DNA from: Amphiscolops sp. MND2022
Lineage: Eukaryota
DNA: 64,000 bases
Direction of reading: 5' to 3'
Assembly (NCBI GenBank): GCA_964187785.1
Contig: OZ076413.1
Coordinates: 46,564,001 to 46,628,000 of the forward strand
Position numbers and translations under genes: made by a program. The notes under the pieces were generated by a model. That model saw only the letters and a program-made list of their open reading frames with translations. It had not been told where the DNA came from and ran no database searches. Of this stretch, positions 1 to 11,500 are shown one piece after another (the stretch's first letter is position 1; each line of letters opens with the position of its first letter).

Positions 1-499
1 ACGAGTTTTCCGCATACCGATCAAGTGGCTCTAGAGACCAACAAGGTTTATATCAGGACAACAGAAAACCGTAAACCTGGCTGACTCCTATAAATGTAGT
101 TAGTAAAATAACTGATAAAGGAAAACACACCGGGGACCAGCGGGCGTCTCTTTTATTTGAGATGGCGGTTCTGATATCATTTGGTAGAATAGAATAGAAT
201 AGAATAGAAACAATAAATTGCGACATTTCATGAAATTAAATAATTTGATGTAAACTAATCCCATGTCCAGAAAGCCATTCAGTTTTTCAAAGAAAACGAA
301 AAAAAAAATAGAAAATCTTCAGTTAAGGTTTGAAATATCCGGTAACATCCATCAAATAAAGTTCAGAAACCATACAGGGCCAATGAAACTTCTTTCCAGC
401 TGTCATAGGGCGTTTCATTCGTTCATAACTGTTGAGCGACTTGATTGGTTAACCAATTGGTCCAAAATTACGTCATATGAAAGCGTTTTGATTGGTTGA

Positions 500-758
500 T
501 TAGAAGTACCAATGGCTGAGTCTTCCGGCCCATGTTAGCGTGATTGTAAAATAGAGTATATTCCACACTAAAAAAGTGGCGGGAAATAACCACTTGGAGA
601 CACTGTCTGCGTTATCCTTCGAGAACTGGTCCGACTGGAAGTATTCCACAATTGGGCGCAAACAGGGAAAATACTTTTTCAAGCACGTGCAGATTCTGCT
701 CTCCTGATTTCGGTCGTCCTTTTTTTCTTTCTTCTCCAGTAGCTTCTTTTTTCTAGAT
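500..758 (-). CDS. Cys-loop channel last coding exon (M4, stop)
   Basis: Acceptor tgtttgttttag|A, phase 2, compatible with the donor at 28135. Encodes ADSVSKWLFPATFLVWNILYF (D-x-x-S-R/K-x-x-FP-x-x-F-x-x-x-N-x-x-Y M4 motif) and ends in TAA at 500-502. Linkage to the upstream exons crosses the N gap. Confidence 0.9.
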
Positions 759-1053
759 CTAAAACAAACAGACATATGTAGCATAGCTTAACACGAGATT
801 TGTTCCTTTTGTCGACAATTTTATCTAAATGGACGGAAAACTCTCATGTATGTCGCTATTGCAGTGGGTATAACTAAGAACCCTTGAAAATTTTCAAAGA
901 AATTGGTTCAGACTTGCTGGGATCTGCGGGGAGATGAATTCGATCAAAAATTTAGCAATAATAATATACTTGAAATTTGTTAAAGAGCTGTTTCGGTCAA
1001 AACTCCACAAACGCCTCACAATGAAACCTGTTTTGTTTTTTTTTGAGAGAAGA

Positions 1054-1206
1054 CAGGAAAATTTCTAAATGTAAGTATGGAATATTCCATACTTACATTT
1101 AGTAATTTTCCTGACTGGAAATTTTCCTGAAATTTGAATAAGAAAGTTTCATCTTTAAATGGGCATATGCCCATTTAAAGATGAAACTTTCTTATTCAAA
1201 TTTCAG
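1054..1206. repeat. Two adjacent spacerless palindromes (1054-1113 and 1127-1206)
   Basis: 60 bp with 1 mismatch centred on AAT|ATT; 80 bp perfect centred on GGGCAT|ATGCCC. Confidence 0.92.
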
Positions 1207-1932
1207 CTGAACATCGAAATACGTGATCAATGAACCTTCGTCTCTTCATCTAATACAGTAGGCAATGAAAAGTTAAAGCGCTACAAATTCATTTTGATCA
1301 ATGATAAATATGGAGAAAATGGAACACCCTTTTAAACTGTAATAAAAACCCTTTTGACATGCTCGCATGATGAATGAAAAATTGGAAATATTCAAAAAAT
1401 GTTGTCTGACTTTCAAATCTAGATTTATTGGGACTAAAATGCTGGGAAAACATGGTTTTACTAGAACTTAACATCAATTAATTCTCAACAACGTGTTATA
1501 AAAAACTGCATTTTTGCTTAGATGCTGCAGTCCCTAAAATGGTACCAGAAATCCATACTGGACAAAAAACGGTATTTCCTTACAAAGTCCCAATCTTTCA
1601 GGAATTTGTTAAAATTTTCAAGATTTGGAGAAGAAAAGTTTAGCGACTGTTTTGCTTTGAAGTTCCGAGGTAGGCTGTACAGTAAAAAGTACAATTATTC
1701 AGTAAAGTGTTTCGAAAAAGGAAAAATGTATTGTCTCATAAACTTTCGAAAATTTTTGCTCTGAAACCCAAAATTTGAAGTAAGACATTGCCACAATTCA
1801 AAGAAACCAACTTCTCAAGCAACGGTTGAGAAACTAGATAAATTAAAATTTTGAGCGGCTCCGTATAGGCCGGATGTCAACATTATTTTTCAGAAAAGAG
1901 AACTTCTAAACGGTTTTAAATCAGGCCTACAT

Positions 1933-3456
1933 TGTTACGACTACTACACGGGTCGTTATTTTGGATAGATGTTATTCTAACTGATTTAGTAGGAGTGTAG
2001 AAGTTCCTAGTCTCATTTTACATTTCCTCTTCGGTGTTTTCTATTATATTTTCCCTAGTTTCAGGTTTTAGCAGTTTCAACATCTCTTTTTGGGGATTCA
2101 ACGAGAAGATTCTTGATTTCAGAGGTGATTTCCTCTTTCAAGGAAGCATTCAAACTTTCCAAGAAGCTACCGTCAATCCTAGGGGATTTTGGTTTCGAAG
2201 GTCCCGCAGCGATTGCGTCCTGTTCTAAGAGACAAGAATTTCCTACTATTATTGATGAAACAAAACCTTCACTAACACTTTCGGTGCTCTCCTGTTGGTT
2301 GTTCTTTCTCTTTTGACTCCCTGTAGTCGACATTTTCGAATGAAGGTTTGATTTGAAGAATTCAATTTATCTTTGCTATGTATTTTTCAACAAAGATGAA
2401 GGATTAAGCTGAGATGAGTGAATTACAGCGCAACTAAGCTTTACAAACGCAAAAGACTGAGTCCCCTCGTCACCCAAAATTATATATATTTTTTTTGGTC
2501 AAGAACAAATCCTTAATTTCTTTCGAACAATTAGTCATTTCCTGTTTTCTTTCGGTGGAAAAATCAATTTGTTCCCAATTTTACGTCGATATTTCTCCAA
2601 AGTTTGAGACACGACGATTCTAACCTATTATTAGTCATTAAGCATGATCATATCAATTCAACCCGGCGTCCTTTTGTTTCCTACCAAGCAGGAAGTAGAT
2701 GTTACTTCAGTCTGTCAAACCGGATATGATTCCCTGTTTTACTGCGTTGGTTCGTAGGAAAATTGACGCGGAGATGACGCTGACGTGAACAACTAATACC
2801 TGATTTTGAAATTCGATTTGAAAAAATGCGATGACTAATTACCGAGTTATGATTATTTGAACGATGCTAGGACGATATTTTGAATGGACTGGAAAAACGA
2901 ATATTAGGTTGTGAAAAAAATTAACGTTTACAACATCAACTTCCAAATTAATATATATTCTGATGCAACAATTACAGCAAGTCTATTACTTTGCGAAATG
3001 CCTTATTATAAATAGCAACAGTTTGATAACAATTCAATAGGTTTTCGGAATAGCGAAGACAAGCTTTCGCAAGGTTTAATCTTAATCAAGATTATGAAAC
3101 ACATGGCTGGGAAATTGGATATAAAGTACAAACGTACAAAAAATACATTTTCAATGCAAAATACACTCAGCCCGTTTTAGTTAGGGTTTTAAACTGTCAC
3201 TTTTGTTCATATATTTCGACCAAATTTCATACGAAATAGTTTCTAGGACGATTTTAGGTTATGACAATTTTTCCGCCGAAGTGTTGACGTTAATTTCCTA
3301 AGTCTTTCACAAGTTCCCTATTTCAGTCACAGTTTATTTTTTTCAAAAGAGTTTAAAATCCAAAGTACCTTTTTGAAAGTTTCGCTGTACAGCCATGATC
3401 TCTGACGTAACCGATTCTTCTGCATCCGCATTCCAGTCCGGGAGCGGACTGTGACA
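1933..3456 (-). mobile_element. Solo LTR (1524 bp) of a related Gypsy family, with decayed Gag N-terminus
   Basis: Minus strand starts TGTCACAG, as in the full element, and ends CGTAACA; flanks TACAT/TACGT (TSD, 1 mismatch). Encodes MSTTGSQKRK...ESQKEMLKLL...SSRN after correcting one frameshift and one stop. Confidence 0.85.
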
Positions 3457-3534
3457 TACGTGAACTGTAAATCGACTGTTTTTAATCCTTCAAGTCGGTT
3501 TTTTTATTCCACATGAAGCTCTACATTTTTCGAA

Positions 3535-3892
3535 TAAGATGGTGTAGTGGTTAGAGCATTCGACCTGTATTGGGGCGGTAGCAGGTTCGAGCCTCTCTTA
3601 ACTCACCATTGTTGGGCCTTAATCAAGTCCTTCATCCCTAGCTTAGTGGTATGGTCAATGGCAAAAAAAGAACGCATTTGGCGGAGAAAAGCAAAAATAA
3701 AAAGAGCAACGGTGCGCAGTCAGACCTTTGTGACCTTGAGCAAGTCACTTTGAAACCCCAGCTTCAAGTCCACCATGACTTGACCACTTGGCTGCAAACA
3801 TGGTCCATAGCGTGCTATGGGGAGATAGTATCCGAACGGGCGCCGACTTAGAAAAGCAGAACTGCTTATTTGGCGTCGAGCCCGCGGAATTG
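3535..3892 (+). mobile_element. tRNA-derived SINE
   Basis: A box TGGTGTAGTGG and B box GGTTCGAGCC, followed by a ~300-bp body shared with 34875-35236. Confidence 0.75.
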
Positions 3893-5995
3893 GGTAGAAG
3901 AATTGAAAAAAATACAAACAGCGTTAAAAACGTCCCATGGGTCCACCATTGACTTTTTAAAAACAGTTTACTTTGTCCCCTCAGGGATTTATTTCGCATT
4001 TTGCAACTTTTTTGATTTTTTTATCAAATCAAAGTATCTCCCCAATTTGAAAGAAGTCTTATAGAGTGCAAATGTTCTCCCTTTTATTTTATGAATCTTT
4101 TTTGATGAAAAAAGCATTCCCAAGAAATGATCAATGCCGACTTACAAGTGACAATTTTCACCTGCAAGTCCTGAACCAGTCTTGAAGATCTCGTATAGAG
4201 TGACAAATGACATTTGTTTAAAATCGCATAGACTTCGAACTGAACCCGGACATTGGAGTCCAGAGACTAGCATCGTCACCATTAGACTCGCAATATTATG
4301 CAAGAGGGCATTGATTAATTAGCAAAATGATTCATCTTCTCAAGTTCTGCCAACGACGACTGCAGCAAGGCTGGTTAGTACTCGAGATTGTTCGAAACTA
4401 GAGTTAAACTAAGCAGTACTCAAGTCCACTGGAGAGTCTGTTCGAGGAAGCGGAGCGAATTGCTACCAAGACATTTAAACAGCGGGACGTTTTGATGAAC
4501 GAGGAAAGCCGAGTTTGTAAATTATATTGAAATTATCATTTTTGATACGGTAAAACTCGATCCTAAATAATTGGACTCTTAACAATTTGGTGGCAATATT
4601 CAATTTTGATTATGTCGTCTTTGTGAATTCACTGCCTCAAGGCAACTCCTTTCATGTATAACTTTTGATTGGAATACCGTGCATATATCGTCTCTTATCC
4701 TCACATGACAATGCATGGCATGAAGATTTGATTTAACAATTACAGTTGAATCAATCACGACTCAAGTATAAAAAATTTAAAGCGTCTATGTTTTGTCACT
4801 GCCAATTTTATACATGTCAAGGTATCTCATTTCCAAAAAATTTTGGTCTTCAATTATACATTGTTTTCACCATGAATTTCTTCATTCAATTTCTGAATGT
4901 TTTTATAGATGTTTTTTTATTATTGTTCTCTTCTGTCAAAAAACAATAGAAATAATAAGATCTGAAATTCCCTTGACTGACAGTCATATTATTTATCAAT
5001 TAATTGCGCGAATTTTGTTCACATGTGCACCATTTTTATGCCCCCTAGTTGATACTTTTGGCAGAAAAAGGCAATGGTTGAAAAGATATGGCGCAGTATT
5101 GGCTACCATTTGGGACTAGAAGCTTCGCACGATAAAAAGATGCTGCAAGTTTCATTTTGAAACAATAAACGACGGTAATACTTTGATGTTCCCGCGTGTG
5201 ATGTTAACAGGGTGACGATAAAAAGAATCGGAAAAATTCAACGACAAAAATGTAAAAGGCAGCTAGTAATTGATACAATCAGTGGTAAAATCATTGACGT
5301 GTGTTCGGTTCATATAGAGCCCCTGATGAAAATTTCATGTTTCTTAGAACGATACAACGCATGTCACAGCCGCCACAGGGCCGTGAAATAATAAGATCAG
5401 AGAGAACGCCAGAGGAAAGAAATGGGGAAATTAACCAAGAAGAAGCTAATAAAGCATCACAAACCTGAAAGAAAACAATCAACAAACAAACACTCATTGA
5501 TATTGAACAACCCTGTAAGTGCATAATATTAATATCATCAATCCTCTGCAGTACCTGAAATACATAAATATGTAAATAATTAAATAATAATAACTTGTTG
5601 TAAATGTGATTTGTTTGCAGTAGCTTGACCAATACGCTGATTGAAGTTATTCCAACCAGCGCACTGACCAGCCTACCGTCCCAATATCTGCGTAGCAAAA
5701 CACACTAATTCTCACTGTCCTTTTAATTAACCAATCAGCGCCAAGCGCGAATATGCAGTATTAACTCAGTTACTATACTCGTCAAGCCACCAGTCAGCAA
5801 AGACTGGGACGCACGCCTGGTAGCTCGATCGAATTAATCAAAGTGCTAATATATTAAGTGACGTCACGTGTGAAGTGAATACAAATCCAAAGCTTAGAAG
5901 AAGCTTAAATTGTGCAGTATTCAATAGTGAAGATCGAAAACGTAATATTTATAGCATGAAAAGGTGTGATTGAAGATTTGTCGATCCCGATAATT

Positions 5996-6079
5996 GGGAC
6001 GACCGTTTTAAATTTATAATCTGGGACGACCGCCGGGACGACCGTTTTAAATTTATAATCTGGGACGACCGCCGGGACG
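5996..6079 (+). repeat. Tandem repeat in U3 (39-bp unit built on GGGACGACC)
   Basis: GGGACGACCGCCGGGACGACCGTTTTAAATTTATAATCT repeated about twice; the counterpart at 19722-19817 has an extra 12 bp. Confidence 0.85.
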
Positions 6080-6934
6080 CTCGTTCAGTCACTCTATCTG
6101 ATCAATCAAGTACAAATAATCGATGCTAACTCTAGATAAATGTTTTGTAGCTTAAAAGAAGCTAAATACCAAAAGTACTTCCAATGAGTAATAATCGATG
6201 ATGCTTGTAGTATTTTTAACGTGTTCGGTCCACCTTGTAGTTGAGTCAACTTCCCAGGCGGAGCGCTAAATTTCTTTAATATAACAAGAGCCTGGACAGC
6301 TGACCGAACGTATTTAATTAATACATGTCTTATAGTTACCCGAATAACAATGTTGCCCCTGTTAAACGTGATATTTGACGATAATATAGTAAAACAACCC
6401 CCCAGTGCTACCTTTTTCAGTCCTCACATGCAATGTTTTGTTAATACATAGTTGAGTCAATAGCCCGGTCAAACGGCCAGGCCACTCTAAATGAAATTCG
6501 TTACCTGGCGTTCACCCAGGACTTTTTCGTTAGCCTCAATTTAAAGTGCTAATTAACGGCCATAATCATCTGATTTAGAAGAAATCAGTGCTGTTAGTTT
6601 ATTTCTTTGATGTTTCCCTTAAATTACTAGTAGTAAAATTTGGGATTGTTCGGTGATAATTTCATTTCCTTTTCCCGCTTCAGTAGCTAGGTTCATGAAT
6701 TTCAGTGCCAACTTCACCTTCGGCGTCTTGAAAAGGCGGGCAATGAAGAAGAAAGGGACGCGGAATTGGGAAGCGGCAGGAAGTGAATTCCCACTTTTCT
6801 TTAAAGTGGGTTGAAACCGAATGCCGAGTCCCGAGGAAGAGTACCTTATTTGGATTTCCCCGCTTCGGAAAAGACGCCGAGGTGAACAAGGTGTGAATTC
6901 ACGCGCGGGGTTTTCTCCGCGTGTCTAGCGTAAA

Positions 6935-6942
6935 GTATAAAT
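6935..6942 (+). promoter_or_regulatory. Candidate LTR TATA box
   Basis: GTATAAAT about 230 nt upstream of the gag ATG, after a GC-richer segment; repeated in the 3' LTR near 20673. Confidence 0.45.
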
Positions 6943-7168
6943 ACCTGAAGCGGGATTAGGAAAAGTTAGTTGACAATTTTATTTTTCAAGTGCGTTTGAT
7001 TAATCATCCTCCAGAAATTTTGCTTTTGTAATAACCGTGTTAATTACCTTTGCTTAATATAATTCCTTTGTTTCGGAAAACTTTGGTAAATCGCTAAACT
7101 GAAGTCTCCATTACGTTTGTAACGACTCAAGTTTAATTGGAATATTGCCTCTCCACTATTTTTGCAAG

Positions 7169-8587
7169 ATGCCTGAGAAATCTCAAAAACGAAAGTTGAG
7201 GAGTGACCAGTCGACTAGCCAGATCGACGTAGAAACCGCAAGCTCCATTAACGACGAAAACACCGTACTTTCGGAAAGGGATTTTGAGGACATATCAAAT
7301 AAAATTGAGAATAGAATTTCCAAGCGTCTTAAAGACACTGAACTCAATCAACGTGAGATATTAAAATTGATTGAAAACCTGTCGTCCAAAGTTGACAACC
7401 TATCAAGCGTCAATTCTGAACAAGGTTACTTGACGACCAGGATTGAAAATAGTGGAAACCCTACTGATGAGTTAGAAGAAGTTAGTTTGTCTAGGAACGA
7501 GAGTTCCAACATGGTGACAGGAGTAATTAGCGAACCAACCTCCAGCAACACCACCCACCCCCGATCTTCGAGCCTGCCGCCTCCAAACCAGAGGCACTCC
7601 GACGAAATCATCGACAAGCTGTTAGAATCCCTGTACGCAACACAACAACAGACAGCACAACTACCCCGCCTACCAAAAACGCTTGCCACGACAATGCCAA
7701 CATTCGACGGTAAAAACGAAAAGTTTGAACTCTTCGAAGATTTGTTTCAAACAAGCTTGAAGGTCCATCCTCAAATAACGGAGCAAGAGAAAATACAATA
7801 TTTCCACTCCCTACTGCGAGGAGACGCCTTGCAAACCTTTCGGAACATGACCGAAACAACCAAAACCAACCTGAACGACATCATCGCCGGATTCAGACGA
7901 CGATATGTAAAAACCCAGTCAATAGCCACTGCTAGGTGTAAGTGGGAAAACCTCACATTCGACCCGGCGAACCAAACATTCCAAGATTTCTTGGAGAACT
8001 ACCAGAAACTTGCCCAAGAGGCATACGCCGACGATGCACCCCGCTTTATAGAAACCTCCTTCTACGCAAAAATGCCGATACATCTCAAAAGAGTGTTAAA
8101 TCAAGCACGCCTCGAAACAGCATCATATGAAACGATGGTCCAGCACATAGAGCGGGAGATGGAGCTCAACGGATTGGCAAATCCAGAATCCACTACATTT
8201 ACCGGCATACACAATGTCGAACCCGCCAACACATCCAATCAGGGGAGACACCCGAAAACTACAAGCACGTGCTTTGGCTGCGGACACCAGGGCCACCTCC
8301 TCCGCAACTGCAGGAAGACAAACCGAGACAAACGAAACCAAAAACCCCCCAGCAATAACATCACCGACCCCTGCGAAACATGTGGCAAATTAAGCCACGA
8401 GACTAAAGACTGCTATTCTGGGGCGAACTGGGCAAACCGCCCTACATGGTGGAAAACGCCTAAATCAACAGGCGCCAATAGTATACCCCTACCACAACAA
8501 ACTGCACCCGAAATTATACAACAACCTTCAGCAAATCAGCAGCCACAAACCGTGGCACAACCACAATACCAGCCAAAAAACTACTAA
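7169..8587 (+). CDS. gag: Gag (472 aa from first ATG), two CCHC zinc knuckles
   Basis: MPTFDGKNEKFELFEDLF capsid-type motif; CFGCGHQGHLLRNC and CETCGKLSHETKDC (CX2CX4HX4C). The ATG at 7169 lies inside the 5' LTR. Confidence 0.93.
   Translation: MPEKSQKRKLRSDQSTSQIDVETASSINDENTVLSERDFEDISNKIENRISKRLKDTELNQREILKLIENLSSKVDNLSSVNSEQGYLTTRIENSGNPTDELEEVSLSRNESSNMVTGVISEPTSSNTTHPRSSSLPPPNQRHSDEIIDKLLESLYATQQQTAQLPRLPKTLATTMPTFDGKNEKFELFEDLFQTSLKVHPQITEQEKIQYFHSLLRGDALQTFRNMTETTKTNLNDIIAGFRRRYVKTQSIATARCKWENLTFDPANQTFQDFLENYQKLAQEAYADDAPRFIETSFYAKMPIHLKRVLNQARLETASYETMVQHIEREMELNGLANPESTTFTGIHNVEPANTSNQGRHPKTTSTCFGCGHQGHLLRNCRKTNRDKRNQKPPSNNITDPCETCGKLSHETKDCYSGANWANRPTWWKTPKSTGANSIPLPQQTAPEIIQQPSANQQPQTVAQPQYQPKNY
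7512..7524 (+). other. Primer-binding site, probably tRNA-Leu-like
   Basis: TGGTGACAGGAGT directly follows the LTR end. It differs by one base from TGGTGTCAGGAGT, the complement of a common tRNA-Leu 3' end as I recall it. Confidence 0.7.
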
Positions 8588-11500
8588 AGCCACGTCTTCG
8601 CTTCGGGGACTACACCGACTTCAGATACTACACCATATCTGAACCCCCGAAGGACTTCGACAAGGAATTATTTATGGAATGCTCAGGTGAACCATCGATC
8701 GACTGGCAGCGACGATGGCTCATAAGACGCATCATCAAATTCAACAAAAACACCTTGGACAAACTCCCCTACCCAGACTGGTACACCCAAAACCCCACCC
8801 AATACAACACAACACGCAGACCATTACTTCCCAGCTCCACACCCGAAACTTACATCTACGACCCCGACTTCGAATGCGACCCATACTACAACGACACTCT
8901 ATATGACTCAACAAACCTTGTCTTCAGACAGTCAATCAACGTACCATTTCATGAATTCATAGCCAAAACCAACATGGACATCTCGACAACTCCAAGAAGG
9001 AAAGACGACCTCAGTCATACTCCCGAACCACAGGCTGAAGAAGAATACGACACAGAAATCACCGTGATCGTAACACCTCCAACGACTTCCCTCAAGTCAA
9101 TCCTCAAACACAACAATCAATCGCCACTGGTTGACTTCCAGTCACCCACGAAACTCCCAGCCACCCCCAATGAAATCCGGGCAGCTATGACGTCGTCCCC
9201 CTCCAGTCCAGAGAGTCCTGAACATAAATACTCCAACCCTAAAACCCTGGTTGACGGCACAAAAGCCGGGGACCAAACAATTGCAAGTCAACCCACAACA
9301 CAACCGAGAACTCGCCGCGTCAAACGAACTCTGACCTGCGAATTCAACCAGCAAACAGAAGCTAAAACAGCAACAAACAGCCCACTCATCACTACCCAAA
9401 CCTCAAGAGAAGAGCCAACCAACCTAGAACAAGATGAAGAATGGATTCAAACCAACAAACAATTGCATGAAATTGCAATTACAGACCCAGAAACAAGCGA
9501 AAAATGCATACCAATTTTTTCGGCCATCAATCTGAAAAAGAAAAGGAAAATGCTCTTCGCCCCGATGGATTTCAACAACATTTCAGTCGACGCGCTTGTT
9601 GACTCCGGAGCACTCGTCAACTGCTTACCAGAAAGTGAATTCCAGAAAATCAAAACAGTAAGCCCAGACAACATCCTCAAGGAAATGGATCCACCAACAT
9701 TTAAATTGCAGGTCGCAAACGGCGAGATAGAAACCCCCACAAAAACAGTTCAACTACAATTTGAACTAGGCGACTGGACGTTCAAAGAGACGTTCATCGT
9801 AGCCACAAAGATGACAGGGCCCATCCTCGGACTAACCTTTCTCAAAAACAATAGCGCAATCCTCGACGTCAGTCAGGCCCTCTTACATTTCCCTCACCTG
9901 ACTTACGCAATTTCTGCAGACGATAACGAGACAATCTCAAGACACCATAAAGTCACTACCAAAACCCAACTCACCATCATGCCCGACCAGTGTGTAACAA
10001 TTGAAGCCGGCATCAACCTACGTACCCTGACAAACACCACAGGAGTCATCAACCCTACTGAACCATACTCCGGAGAACACCAACTGGTAGTAGCCAGCTC
10101 TCTATCAACAGTTACAAACTCCAAAATCGAAATCAGGGTTACCAACACATCTCCAAACCCATTCACCCTCAAAAAGAACACAAATCTTGCAGAATTCACC
10201 ATTCTATCCCCCCAGGAAGCCAAGCAACTCCACCCACTCAACTCTGCAGCCCTAAAGGTATTAGCAGAAGACGATTCCGAACAGGCGCTAGAATATGTAA
10301 ACGAACTCCTCAAATCGTCTGAAAAGCCTCAGACTGTTCAAAATTTCTGGTTCCCCACACCGGACAACCCAGGAGACCCATCAACGCACACACCTATCCA
10401 GAGCAGGATACTGAGAGAGATAGAAGAACTGGAAAACATCCAGAAACTCAATCCTCATGACAGCCCTGAGGACAGAGCAACTTTCCTATCCAATTTCAAG
10501 TGGACGGATTCACAACTCAGTGATGAAGACAAAAAGGACATAGAAGCAATCCTTGTAGAATACAACGATATCTTCGCAAGGCACCGTCTTGATATCGGAA
10601 TTAACAACGAATTCAAAATAAAGCTCACCCCCAAATCCGAACAGCCAGCGTACACTCAAAGCCTACCCTGCCCAGTCAACCTGAAAGACGACTTGACAGT
10701 CGAATTGGCGTTAATGCACTACTACGGCATAATCACCACGCTCCCTTTCAGCAAGTACGCAAGCCCAATATTTGCCCAAAGAAAACCAAACGGACGCCTA
10801 CGATTGCTAGTTGACTTACGAAAGATCAACAACCTCATTTCCGACGATTATATAAACAATAATCACCCTGTGAGCACCCTCTCGGATGCAGCCCAGCATC
10901 TAGCCGGAAAGAAACTGTTTTGCAAGCTTGACTGCTCTCAAGCCTACCACGTCCTGCAAATGGCAGACCAAAAATCAGTGGAACTCCTGGCGTTCAACTT
11001 TGCCAGTCGGACATTCGCCTACCTGCGACTCGCACAAGGGCTCAGCAGATCTCTCTCCTCCTTCTCGAGTTTTATGCGGGAGTATCTTGACCGAGTCATC
11101 AAAGCCGACAAGTGCGCCCAGTACGTCGACGACATCGGGATAGCTACCCATACTGCCGAGGAGCTGAAGAACAACCTGCGTGAGGTCTTTCAGTGCATAA
11201 GAGAAGCAGGTCTGCTTCTGACAATGGCTAAATGCCAGTTCGGTGCCAAGGAAGTCGAATTCCTTGGACGAACAGTCTCACCCGAAGGAATCGCCCCACA
11301 GAGTCACAAGATCAAGAACTACCTCCAAAAACTGTCGTTCCCAAAAACCAAAAAGGGCCTACAGAGGTATATTGGTTTCGTCAATTATTATCGGAACTAC
11401 ATATCTCGCCTCTCCGAAAAGATAGCACCCTTCCACGAATTAGTCAAGGCAGACAAACCAATCAAGATCACAAACGAGATCATCGGGACATTCGACAACA

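Larger units (their letters stand above)
5362..7511 (+). repeat. 5' LTR (2150 bp)
   Basis: TGTCACAGCC...GTTCCAACA; direct repeat of 19088-21249. Confidence 0.97.

Noticed and set aside
5291..5698. Minus-strand ORFs in the LTRs (also 19074-19424, 6680-6889, 20418-20627)
   Set aside because: Non-ATG starts and no motifs; duplicated only because the LTRs are duplicated.
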